Below are positions 52,481-61,339 of a stretch of DNA of 64,000 nt, one piece after another. Below the pieces are notes generated by a model. The model searched no databases. It was not told where the DNA came from and worked only from the letters and a program-made list of their open reading frames with translations. Each line of letters starts with the position of its first letter. Positions within the stretch are counted from its first letter, which is position 1. The DNA is taken from positions 3,904,001 to 3,968,000 of the forward strand of contig OY764216.1 in assembly GCA_963668315.1 (NCBI GenBank), written 5' to 3'. The position numbers and the translations under genes were made by a program. The DNA is from Spirochaetia bacterium (GTDB lineage: Bacteria > Spirochaetota > Spirochaetia > DSM-2461).

Positions 52481-53417
52481 TCTTTTCCTGTTAGCCGGAT
52501 CTGTCCTTCTCGTCGCCCAGTCAGCCTATCCCGAGATCAATACCACTTACATCTACGGCGATGTGCTCTTTCGCCAGCATCAGGAAGCCCTGGCAAGGTC
52601 CCAGATCATAATGGCCCGGATGGGTGGGGCCTCTCTTGAGGCGGAAGAACGGGAAACCCTTAAGGAAAGGCTCCTCGGCGAGCTCTTCTTCTTTTCCTAC
52701 CGTCCCGGAGAACACGATACGGTATTCACCGTCGCGGCGGACTTCTCCCTCTCTCCCGATACCATAGCGTCTCTCAACGGCCTGGAAAGATCGGCCTATT
52801 TCGACCGTCTTGATACGCTCATCATTCCCACCGTACCGGGATTGTATATCAGAAAGGACGGCGGGAATGAGCTGGAAAGGCGAATGAGGAGCAACAGGGA
52901 AGGAAGCGATAGTGCCGCCCTCCCCTTGACCCTCTCCCGGGAAGGAGTCAAAGTATCCTTTCAATTTTTCCCCAACCGCACATTCAGCGGGGAGGAGAGG
53001 CTCTACTTCATATCCCTGCCCTTCCGCAGCCCCCTCGATCATTACTGGGAGATAACTTCCCCCTTCGGAATGAGAAATCATCCGGTGACCGGAGAGTGGG
53101 AACACCACAACGGCATCGATGTGAGAGCCCCCCGGGGAACCGCCGTTTTCGCCGCCGAGAAAGGAACAATTATCAAGGCGGCGGAACTGGACAATTATGG
53201 AATAATCCTTATACTTAAGCATAGGGGGGGATACGAAACCAGATACGCCCACCTCGACGAGATTTACGTAAAAGAGGGGGACAGTGTGGCACGAGGACAA
53301 ATGATCGCCCGTTCCGGAAATACCGGTTTATCGACAGGACCTCATCTGCATTTCGAGATCCGCCTCAACGGCCTTACAGTGGATCCGACAAAGCTAGTTT
53401 CCCAGGGGAGCCGCTAA
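52455..53417 (+). CDS. LysM / M23 metalloendopeptidase
   Basis: Signal peptide, LysM-like segment, HNGID and TGPHLHFE motifs. Confidence 0.92.
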   Translation: MNISRLFFSLFLLAGSVLLVAQSAYPEINTTYIYGDVLFRQHQEALARSQIIMARMGGASLEAEERETLKERLLGELFFFSYRPGEHDTVFTVAADFSLSPDTIASLNGLERSAYFDRLDTLIIPTVPGLYIRKDGGNELERRMRSNREGSDSAALPLTLSREGVKVSFQFFPNRTFSGEERLYFISLPFRSPLDHYWEITSPFGMRNHPVTGEWEHHNGIDVRAPRGTAVFAAEKGTIIKAAELDNYGIILILKHRGGYETRYAHLDEIYVKEGDSVARGQMIARSGNTGLSTGPHLHFEIRLNGLTVDPTKLVSQGSR

Positions 53418-54398
53418 TTGAATAAGACCGCCGCCTTGATAAATTTGTTCCTACTCAGTCTCCTTCCCCTTTTCAGTGAAAACATTGTGGGTACGATGAG
53501 AGGCCAGCTGATTCTGGAAAACGGCCATGAAACGTCCCAGGTGGAGTTAAAGCTGGAAGATCTTGCTTCGGCCGACTATCTTTTTGACAATCCCTTCGTC
53601 CAGGGAGTTGAGCTCGTCTTCTCCATCCCCGAAAACACGAGGAATTTCCGTAACAGTTTTGCCCTTTACCTGTACAGGGAGATCCAGCCTGAGCCGGACA
53701 CCTCCATTTCCCATTACCGGGGGAGTCAGTTTTTCATGCAGATTCTTCCCTATACATCGGAATTTTCCCTGAAGATCCCCTTCGACAGCAGCCACACCCT
53801 CAGGAAGGAAGCCGATTCCGTGGTAACGGCCCCCATCGGGAAGGATGATTTCCCCCTCGTCATCACCATGCTTCCCATTTCAAAAGGCCTTCCCCCCCAG
53901 GGTAAAAACGCTTCCGTAACCATGACGGTCCGTCCCCTTTACTCCGAAAAGGGCGGATTACGCCTTATCATCGATGACGAAGAGGGGCTCCTTGAAGAGG
54001 AGACGGCCGTGATGATTGACGATTCGGAGGTGGAATGGCCCCAGGACTATTACTCTCTTGATCCCGGTTTTCACCGTGTGGTAATTAATAATCCCCAGGG
54101 GGGAACACGGGAATTCAATATTGCCGTGGAACAGGGGAAATTCACCGAAGTCCGCCACACCATGCAGAGGGCCCTTCCCCGGGTTATTTTCAGTCCGGAA
54201 GAGGGAGTAAGCTATTATCTGGACGGGGAAGAAATTCCCCGTGCCGATCAGGGCCGCCCCCTGGATTGCGAACCGGGACGCCATACGGTCTCCGTCAGAC
54301 TGAACGACCAGATTACCCTGAGCGAAGAATATACCTTTTCTCCCGGCGAAAATGTCACTATTTCCCTAGACCTGCAAATTTTACTGGAAAAAGACTAA
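53418..54398 (+). CDS. Secreted hypothetical protein with PEGA-like C-terminal domains
   Basis: Signal peptide; LDPGFHRV and EPGRHTV beta repeats; abuts the M23 gene. Confidence 0.75.
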   Translation: MNKTAALINLFLLSLLPLFSENIVGTMRGQLILENGHETSQVELKLEDLASADYLFDNPFVQGVELVFSIPENTRNFRNSFALYLYREIQPEPDTSISHYRGSQFFMQILPYTSEFSLKIPFDSSHTLRKEADSVVTAPIGKDDFPLVITMLPISKGLPPQGKNASVTMTVRPLYSEKGGLRLIIDDEEGLLEEETAVMIDDSEVEWPQDYYSLDPGFHRVVINNPQGGTREFNIAVEQGKFTEVRHTMQRALPRVIFSPEEGVSYYLDGEEIPRADQGRPLDCEPGRHTVSVRLNDQITLSEEYTFSPGENVTISLDLQILLEKD

Positions 54399-54404
54399 AC
54401 CTCT

Positions 54405-54502
54405 GGCCCCCCGGCGCCGATGGTGTAAATGTTAGAGCTACCAGGATAGTACCCCTCCCAGTTATCTATGCTGGCATCTAACCCCATCGTTTTGGGAAGG
54501 CC
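54405..54502 (+). ncRNA. Candidate structured RNA (long irregular hairpin), family unknown
   Basis: Nested complementary pairs CGATGG/CCATCG, GTTAGA/TCTAAC, CCAG/CTGG and GATAGT/GTTATC around loop ACCCCTCCCA. Confidence 0.45.
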
Positions 54503-54522
54503 GGCTTATGCCGGCCTTTTTT
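54497..54522 (+). terminator. Intrinsic terminator
   Basis: AAGGCCGGC-TTAT-GCCGGCCTTTTTT. Confidence 0.88.
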
Positions 54523-54527
54523 CGCAC

Positions 54528-54556
54528 TTGACAAAAAAGAGCCAGACACGTACTGT
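54528..54556 (+). promoter_or_regulatory. Sigma70 promoter of PBP1A (leaderless)
   Basis: TTGACA, 17 nt, TACTGT; ATG follows 7 nt later with no SD. Confidence 0.75.
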
Positions 54557-54563
54557 AATCACC

Positions 54564-57143
54564 ATGTTCTTCACCGGAAAACGTAAGGTTATCATATATA
54601 TATTAATAGCATGTATGGGGTTATCCTCGGTACTGCTTTCCCTGGGAATGGGCCTGGCCGTGGCAAAGACGGTCAACTTGAAAAACAACGAGGAATTCGG
54701 TGAAGTAACCACGGCCCTTCCTTCCGTTCTTCTTGACGTGGAAGGGCGGGTCATAACGGAATTTTTCTCCGATGAGAAGAGAGAAAATGTTTCCCTGACG
54801 GAGCTTCCCAAAAATCTCATTTACGCCATTATCACCAGAGAAGATGCCAGCTACTTCTATCACAGCGGTATTTCCGTCATAGGCACCCTTAAAGCCATCA
54901 TACAGAACGTTGTCACCGGTTCTCTTCGCGGAGCCAGTACGATTACCCAGCAGCTGGCCGGTAATATTTATGCCGACCGTTCCGACGTGTCGGTAACCAG
55001 AAAGCTCAAGGAACTCTGGTACTCCTTCCAGATGGAGAGGCAGTACACAAAGGGTGAAATTCTAGAAAGGTATCTGAACAGGGTCGGCTTCGGCCACAAT
55101 ACCTATGGCGTGGAAACGGCCTCCGAATACTACTTTGATCATCCCGCAGCGGAAAACACCATTGCCGAATCGGCCATGCTGGTAATACAGGTAGCCAACC
55201 CCACGGGACGGTTCTCCCCCTTCCGCAATCCCGAGTTCGCCAGGGACAGACAGACATTCGTCATCAATGAGATGGCCGACAACGGCTATATAGACAGGGA
55301 AAAGGGAATGCTCTCCCTGGACCGCTACTGGATGGGCTTCGACTGGTCCAAGGATAATTACTCCTCCGCCTTTTACGAAAGGGATGACAAGGCCCCCTGG
55401 TTCAGCGAATACATACGTAATCAGCTGGATGAAATGCTCTTCGGCCAGAAGAACATCTACCGGGACGGTTACGTCGTTCATTCCACCCTGGATCTTGACG
55501 TGCAGGCCGTAGCCGACAGAACTCTCGCCGCAGGACGGGAAGACTGGACCACGACGTACGAGAGAAACCTCAACAAGAAAGTTAGCACCACCAACGCCGC
55601 CTACGCCAGCATGATAGATCTTCTTTCCCTCGTCTTCAATATCGATGATCTGCGCGTCGCGGGCAAGCAGGAACGTCGGGAAGCCCAGGAACAGTACTAC
55701 AATGAAATAACCCCCGTCATGGATGTTATCTCCCTCCTTTTCGGGATAGACGATCTGAAATATCTGGTTAATATGTCCTACGCGAAAAATTCCGACAGGA
55801 AAAAGCTTTCCACCATTCAGACTGCCCTTCTTACCCTGGGGAACCTGGATGAAAACGAAGGATATATAACCGCGATGATCGGGGGTAACCAGTACGACCG
55901 GGATAATAAGTACAACCGCGTTCTTCTGGGCACGCTTCAACCCGGTTCCAGCTTCAAGCCACTCTATTACTCGGCGGCCATCGCTTCAAGAAAATTCACC
56001 CCGGCTACCAGACTCTGGGACGGCCCCATCGCCTTCAGAAACCCCGACGGAACTTACTATACCCCTCAAAACTATAAAGGGACCTGGAACGGCCATTTCC
56101 TGCTGAGAAGAGCTCTCGCCACCAGTCAGAATGTTCCCTCCCTCCAGGTTCTCGACGGTATAGGCTTCGTCAAGGCAATCGATATGGCAGCCGCCCTCAT
56201 GGGTATTGACGACGAAGAGGAAAAACTTGCCGTTTTCCCCCGTCTTTTCCCTCTGGGACTCGGCATTATCGAAGCTGCACCGATCCAGATGGCCCAGGCT
56301 TACGCCACCATCAGCAACGAAGGCCGCCGGGTTAACCCCTTGGCCATACGCTATGTTGAGGACAGAAACGGCGCCATTATTCTCAATCCCGAGAAAGATC
56401 TTCGAGAGGAACAGAGAAAAAACCCCGTGCAGGTACTCACGCCGCAGGAAGCCTATATTATGACAAGCATCCTGCACTCCACCACAACGATTGGTACATT
56501 GCGGGGAGGCACCAAATGGGGTACCATTATCCCTGGGATTGAACTTGCCGGTAAAACGGGAACCACGCAGAACTGGTCCGATGCCTGGACCTGCGGTTTT
56601 TCCCCCTACTATACCACGGTCATGTGGGCAGGTTTTGACAGAAAGGGAGCTACCCTTGGTGTCGAGCTGACAGGCTCCACTGCAACCGGTATGTACTGGG
56701 GTCCCTATATGCGTGATATTCATAAGGGACTCCCTCCGAAGAGTTTTGAGAGACCGGAAACGGGAATTGTGGAAGTGGAGATTTGTTCCGAGTCGGGAAA
56801 AATCCCCACCGATGCCTGTCCCAACAGTTATTCAGAAGTATTTCTCGCCGGCACGGAACCGACCGAATTCTGCGACTATCACACCTACACGGCTGAAACG
56901 AAAGAGCAGAGCGTCGATAAGCTCATGGGGTCAATCGATCTACTGGGCGACGAAGTATTCTCCCAGTACAATCCCCTGGAAGACAGCCTGAAAAGTGTCG
57001 GATCATCTCTGGATGATTTTGCCCGTTCCCTGGGACTCGATCCTGAACAGACGGAAGAATCGGACAGCAATGACGGCTCCTATCCGGGAAGCTCAACAAG
57101 CAGCGGCGATGACGCGCCGGTCAGCGGATTCCTGCTGGACTAG
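54564..57143 (+). CDS. Class A penicillin-binding protein (PBP1A family)
   Basis: Transglycosylase motifs EDASYFYHSG, GASTITQQL and RKLKE; transpeptidase motifs SSFK, SQN and KTGT. Confidence 0.95.
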   Translation: MFFTGKRKVIIYILIACMGLSSVLLSLGMGLAVAKTVNLKNNEEFGEVTTALPSVLLDVEGRVITEFFSDEKRENVSLTELPKNLIYAIITREDASYFYHSGISVIGTLKAIIQNVVTGSLRGASTITQQLAGNIYADRSDVSVTRKLKELWYSFQMERQYTKGEILERYLNRVGFGHNTYGVETASEYYFDHPAAENTIAESAMLVIQVANPTGRFSPFRNPEFARDRQTFVINEMADNGYIDREKGMLSLDRYWMGFDWSKDNYSSAFYERDDKAPWFSEYIRNQLDEMLFGQKNIYRDGYVVHSTLDLDVQAVADRTLAAGREDWTTTYERNLNKKVSTTNAAYASMIDLLSLVFNIDDLRVAGKQERREAQEQYYNEITPVMDVISLLFGIDDLKYLVNMSYAKNSDRKKLSTIQTALLTLGNLDENEGYITAMIGGNQYDRDNKYNRVLLGTLQPGSSFKPLYYSAAIASRKFTPATRLWDGPIAFRNPDGTYYTPQNYKGTWNGHFLLRRALATSQNVPSLQVLDGIGFVKAIDMAAALMGIDDEEEKLAVFPRLFPLGLGIIEAAPIQMAQAYATISNEGRRVNPLAIRYVEDRNGAIILNPEKDLREEQRKNPVQVLTPQEAYIMTSILHSTTTIGTLRGGTKWGTIIPGIELAGKTGTTQNWSDAWTCGFSPYYTTVMWAGFDRKGATLGVELTGSTATGMYWGPYMRDIHKGLPPKSFERPETGIVEVEICSESGKIPTDACPNSYSEVFLAGTEPTEFCDYHTYTAETKEQSVDKLMGSIDLLGDEVFSQYNPLEDSLKSVGSSLDDFARSLGLDPEQTEESDSNDGSYPGSSTSSGDDAPVSGFLLD

Positions 57144-57178
57144 CAGGGATCCCTTCGACAGGCACGACTTAACAAAGA

Positions 57179-58003
57179 TTATTGGGGATAGTATTTTTTG
57201 AGGGAATATATCCTCATTTCCTCTATATCGAAATGATCCGTCATGCTTGATCCGTAGAACCCGAATCGCCAGTATTTTCTCAGAGGATTAGTTTTCGAAA
57301 GATCAATATCAATGGACACTCCTCCCTCTGCCAGGGTCCCGGAGGAGTAACGCGTTATGAAATTCGTACTGCCGTCATAGCTGGAGGTGAGCGAGAATCC
57401 GTCGCAACCGGAAGAGTTCTCTCCCAAGTCGATATAGAAACGGTCGATAGTCACTGTTTCGTCGAAAGTCAGATACATGTAGGAATATCCCGGTGTCGTA
57501 CTGGCGGAATATCGTGACCAGGAAGTGTCTTCATCATCATCAAAAGCCAGATAGGCATCATCGGACAGGCTTATCGTATTACCCGCAGCCGCGGAAAGAG
57601 ACACGCCGGAATAGCTTGTATTGCTGGTCATAGGCTCATCGATCAGCTCCACCCACTGCGCGAGAGTACAGGAAATAAGCGTATTGCTGCTGATATTCAC
57701 CGAACAGGAAACACTGTCCGTCTCAGTGATGCCATTGTCATTGACGATCCGGATAACATCGACGAGATAATTATCCCTGGGAGTTACCGTCAATGACAGA
57801 GTGGCGCCATTCGGGACCATGTAAACCGAATCCACCGGTACTCCGTCCACGTCTACCTGATAGGTACAGTAAGTCTCGTCTATACGAAGATCTACGATAA
57901 AACTGCCGCCTGACGGGGAATTAGAACCGGAATCCTCACAACCGAAAAAAGCGAAAGCCATGCAGACAGCGAAGACAATTTGCATAATTCTGATATTCGA
58001 CAT
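57179..58003 (-). CDS. Lipoprotein with beta-repeat and discoidin/F5-8-like domain
   Basis: Lipobox AFFGC; TLSLTVTPRDNY; AFDDDEDTSW...KYWRF...IEEMRIY pattern; GGAGG SD. Confidence 0.75.
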   Translation of the reverse strand: MSNIRIMQIVFAVCMAFAFFGCEDSGSNSPSGGSFIVDLRIDETYCTYQVDVDGVPVDSVYMVPNGATLSLTVTPRDNYLVDVIRIVNDNGITETDSVSCSVNISSNTLISCTLAQWVELIDEPMTSNTSYSGVSLSAAAGNTISLSDDAYLAFDDDEDTSWSRYSASTTPGYSYMYLTFDETVTIDRFYIDLGENSSGCDGFSLTSSYDGSTNFITRYSSGTLAEGGVSIDIDLSKTNPLRKYWRFGFYGSSMTDHFDIEEMRIYSLKKYYPQ

Positions 58004-58133
58004 TCGAACACCTCCTTCTTTCTCTATATAGATACATCAGAGGAAGAAAAAAATCATCAACTACACAGAATATACATCTGTTCACTATTTTTTCAAAACC
58101 ATAACCCTCCCGGGTTACGGCTGAAATCCATCT

Positions 58134-59714
58134 CTATCTGTTCCAGATTTCTTTGTAGGTATAACTTCTCTCGCAATAGTGGCAGACAAAGGACTCCCCT
58201 TCCCTCCTGAACATCGTATTGATATGCTGATGCCCCTCGGGATGGGAGATACAATTCTCGTTCTTACAGGAGATCTCTTCAAAATTGTAAATACGCGGAG
58301 GCATATGCAGGCGGAATTTCTTCTCCACCGACTGGTCTTTGATAAAGTTCAGAGTACAGCCGGGAGCAACGGCGGCCAGCTTTTTAATATCCTTCTGCTC
58401 CAGGGTGAGTATATCGGGCAGGGAAATGATCCCCTTGAACTGGGCGGGATCACTGGTATGAAAAACACCGTGGGAGCCGCGGTAATTTAATCCTAGAACA
58501 TGCCGGATTCGGTTGATCTGGTCCCATATCTCTTCAATCTGATCACCTGTGGCGATATGGTCGATGACGATTCCTTCGTCAACCGGCTTTATTCCGACCT
58601 TATACCTGTCCTGTACCCGGCTCTTCCTCTTCACCGGCACGATTTCTATATAATCCTCTCTCTCGGCCTCTTCCTGCGGATGACTTCCCTCGAAATCGTC
58701 CCCCAGACGTCCTCCTACCATACCGATTTCCACAATTCTCGTATAGTAACCATTGATAGACTGCTCATCCCAGCCGTTCAGAGGAGTTCTGTCCAGGAAT
58801 GAGGGAATTACCGGATGAACCCGGTGACGGGGCAGAGGGTGATAAAACCGGGAGCCGGCGGGAAGTTTATCCATAAACCGTTCCTGAAAGGTGACCGATT
58901 CCCGAAGGGATTCGGCCTTATCCAGAATCTTATCCCCCATTCGCTCCAGCTGCAGCCGGGTGAAATACCATATATCCGCCACATCCCTCTGGGAAAGATA
59001 CTCCTCGATGCTGCGGAATTTTCGTACCGTAAAACCGTTTGCCATCATTCGCTCTTCATAATATTCGGGAAGAGCCAATTCGGGAGGAGCGACAAGATCG
59101 ACCTTAACATTATCGAAGATGCGCAGTCCGTCGACCTTGGAATGCACTGTTCTGCCGTGATAGAGATCACCGGTCAGCACGATATGGATACTGTGGCTGT
59201 TCCAGTCTTTATGCTCAAGAAAGGAAAACTCATCGAGAAACTCCTGGGTAGGATGTTCATGCTTTCCGTCTCCGCCATTGATAAAACCGGGTTTTTCCCT
59301 TCCCAGCTTTTCGGCATAATGGGCCAGTTCCTCCTGTAAAGCCCGGCACACACCCTCTTCGGGAGTTCTCATGATAAAGATAGAGTTTTTACTGTATCCA
59401 TAGAGCATCTTAATGGTGTCGGTAAAGCTTTCCGCCTTTTTGAAGGAGGAAGTGGAAGCATCAAAGTTGTTCATTTTGATATTATGGAACAGAGCGGCGT
59501 TTCTGAAGGACTCCTTCGTTCTTGTACTGTTTTCCAGAAAAATGAGATAGGCGGCACAGTCGGGATCGTTCAGCATAAAATCAGAACAATCCTCACCGGC
59601 CAGATATTTTCTTTTCAGCTCCGCCGCCTTTCTGTATAGATAGAGCTGTTCGTCCCGGGAGAGATCATTTACGACAGTAATTGATCTTCCTTTGAAAACA
59701 CCGTTATTCCCCAT
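58134..59714 (-). CDS. pyrBI: Fused aspartate carbamoyltransferase catalytic and regulatory chains
   Basis: ENSTRT, HPTQ and HPLP motifs, then PyrI-like GIVIDHI and Zn site CKNENCIS...CHYC. Confidence 0.95.
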   Translation of the reverse strand: MGNNGVFKGRSITVVNDLSRDEQLYLYRKAAELKRKYLAGEDCSDFMLNDPDCAAYLIFLENSTRTKESFRNAALFHNIKMNNFDASTSSFKKAESFTDTIKMLYGYSKNSIFIMRTPEEGVCRALQEELAHYAEKLGREKPGFINGGDGKHEHPTQEFLDEFSFLEHKDWNSHSIHIVLTGDLYHGRTVHSKVDGLRIFDNVKVDLVAPPELALPEYYEERMMANGFTVRKFRSIEEYLSQRDVADIWYFTRLQLERMGDKILDKAESLRESVTFQERFMDKLPAGSRFYHPLPRHRVHPVIPSFLDRTPLNGWDEQSINGYYTRIVEIGMVGGRLGDDFEGSHPQEEAEREDYIEIVPVKRKSRVQDRYKVGIKPVDEGIVIDHIATGDQIEEIWDQINRIRHVLGLNYRGSHGVFHTSDPAQFKGIISLPDILTLEQKDIKKLAAVAPGCTLNFIKDQSVEKKFRLHMPPRIYNFEEISCKNENCISHPEGHQHINTMFRREGESFVCHYCERSYTYKEIWNR

Positions 59715-61231
59715 TATTCAAGCTCCTTATCTACTGTTAATGTGTTACTGTTCAATTCCAGAACGGTTCCGGATGGACTTTGGACATATAATTTACCGTT
59801 GTAGAACATGATGTCCGTCATGGGCTCCACATTTCCCGATGAGGCTCCGGTCAGCTTCAGCTCTTTGTCAAAACGTCCCAGCCTCCAGGAACTGCCGTCC
59901 CTGTAGACCATATATACCTGATTGCTCTTATCCACGGCGACCTGGGTACCGGGGAAAACTTCCTCTTCCCCCTTAAGGGAGATGGCCAGGTTCTCCCTGT
60001 CTATGATCATGGGAACCACTTTATCAGTTCTGCGGTCTTTGGCGATGGCCAGAAATCCGCCGGCGAATTCCCTGTTGGACCGGCCGTAGATAGTGGTGAC
60101 AGTGGATTCCTTCTCTTTCTTACCGCTTGTCAGATCATAAAGAGAAATAGTACCGTAGGAGTACCCCTCCTCCTTGCCTGTCTGGCTGAAGAAAAACAGG
60201 GGAACCGCGCTCTCCTCCGCCGGGGAGACAAATACGGATTCCTTCTTCTCCACGTCCGGGTCCCCTTGGGAAATGATCTCATTTTCATCGGAGGCGATTT
60301 CATCCCTCATATCCAGAACTTCTTCGGTATTCTTTTCCAGCTCTTCCTGTTTTTCTTCCAGTTCCTGCTTATCTTCCTGTACCGTTTCCTGCTCTTTCTT
60401 GAGTTCCTCCAGCTTCTCTTCCTCCCGTGGATTCAAAGGGGCCTTCTGCTCTTCCAGTTCTTTAATCTGCTCGGTGAGGGCCGAATCCCTTTCATCAAGA
60501 GTCTGCTTTTCTTCCTTCAGAACTTCTTCGACCTGGCGATTTTCCTCTTCCCGGATTTCGACCATGTCCTTCCGTTCTTCAATACGCTTGTCCTCTTCCT
60601 CCTGCATAACGCTCACCACTTCTTCCGATGAGATCGTGGAGGTATCGATCCCGCTCAGCTCGGAACCGGGAGCCCGCAGGGGGATGACGATGCGGGCCTT
60701 ACCCGGCCAATCGCTCCATATCCGGGCCAGACCGCATTGAGACGGTTCCAGATTATCCAGGACTCCCTGCTTGTATTTGGAGGAAAAGTGATCTATTTTC
60801 TGATACCAGAGGGCATTGTAATATGTGATGAAGACGGCGAGAGTATAAGCCCTCTCCCTGCTGTAGCCGTAGGCCGATTCGAGATAGCCGCCGATGATAT
60901 GACGCAGGTTGGCAACGGAATCCACTGAACTGGAACTGCCCATGATAAGGATATCCCCATCCAGTCCGTTTTTTATTTCCGGCTGATAGGAGTGCACGAT
61001 CCGGTAAGGGCCGTACTGGGCGGTCAGGGGAACATCGGGTTTCACATCCTGTCCCAGGATTTCTCCTATACCCCTTATCTGCTCAAGGGTATTGATAACA
61101 TCATAGGGACCTTCATAATTAATGAACTCAATGGGTTCCGTGTTAAGAAACTCATCCTCTGCCACTTCCTGAGCCATGACCAGGAAACTCAGTACTGAAG
61201 ACAGTACAAGAAGAATCGCGCGCTTTCTCAT
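59714..61231 (-). CDS. P83/100 family protein
   Basis: Signal peptide; IEFINYEGPY...TLEQIRGIG, GYLESAYGY...YNA and WPGK motifs; coiled coil. Confidence 0.85.
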   Translation of the reverse strand: MRKRAILLVLSSVLSFLVMAQEVAEDEFLNTEPIEFINYEGPYDVINTLEQIRGIGEILGQDVKPDVPLTAQYGPYRIVHSYQPEIKNGLDGDILIMGSSSSVDSVANLRHIIGGYLESAYGYSRERAYTLAVFITYYNALWYQKIDHFSSKYKQGVLDNLEPSQCGLARIWSDWPGKARIVIPLRAPGSELSGIDTSTISSEEVVSVMQEEEDKRIEERKDMVEIREEENRQVEEVLKEEKQTLDERDSALTEQIKELEEQKAPLNPREEEKLEELKKEQETVQEDKQELEEKQEELEKNTEEVLDMRDEIASDENEIISQGDPDVEKKESVFVSPAEESAVPLFFFSQTGKEEGYSYGTISLYDLTSGKKEKESTVTTIYGRSNREFAGGFLAIAKDRRTDKVVPMIIDRENLAISLKGEEEVFPGTQVAVDKSNQVYMVYRDGSSWRLGRFDKELKLTGASSGNVEPMTDIMFYNGKLYVQSPSGTVLELNSNTLTVDKELE

Positions 61232-61286
61232 ATTATGTATTCTAACACAAATGAAACGGGAATTATAGCTTACTTTCTTTCTTTAT

Positions 61287-61318
61287 AAAAAAAAGAACCG
61301 CCCCCGAAAGGACGGTTC
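61287..61318 (-). terminator. Intrinsic terminator after the OmpA-like gene
   Basis: Minus strand GAACCGTCC-TTTCGG-GGGCGGTTC followed by a T run. Confidence 0.85.
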
Positions 61319-61339
61319 CCATTTTACCTTAACACGGCT

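Noticed and set aside
54405..54502. SRP RNA, 6S RNA or tRNA identity for the hairpin
   Set aside because: No SRP domain IV motif, too short and no central bubble for 6S, and no cloverleaf or TTC loop.
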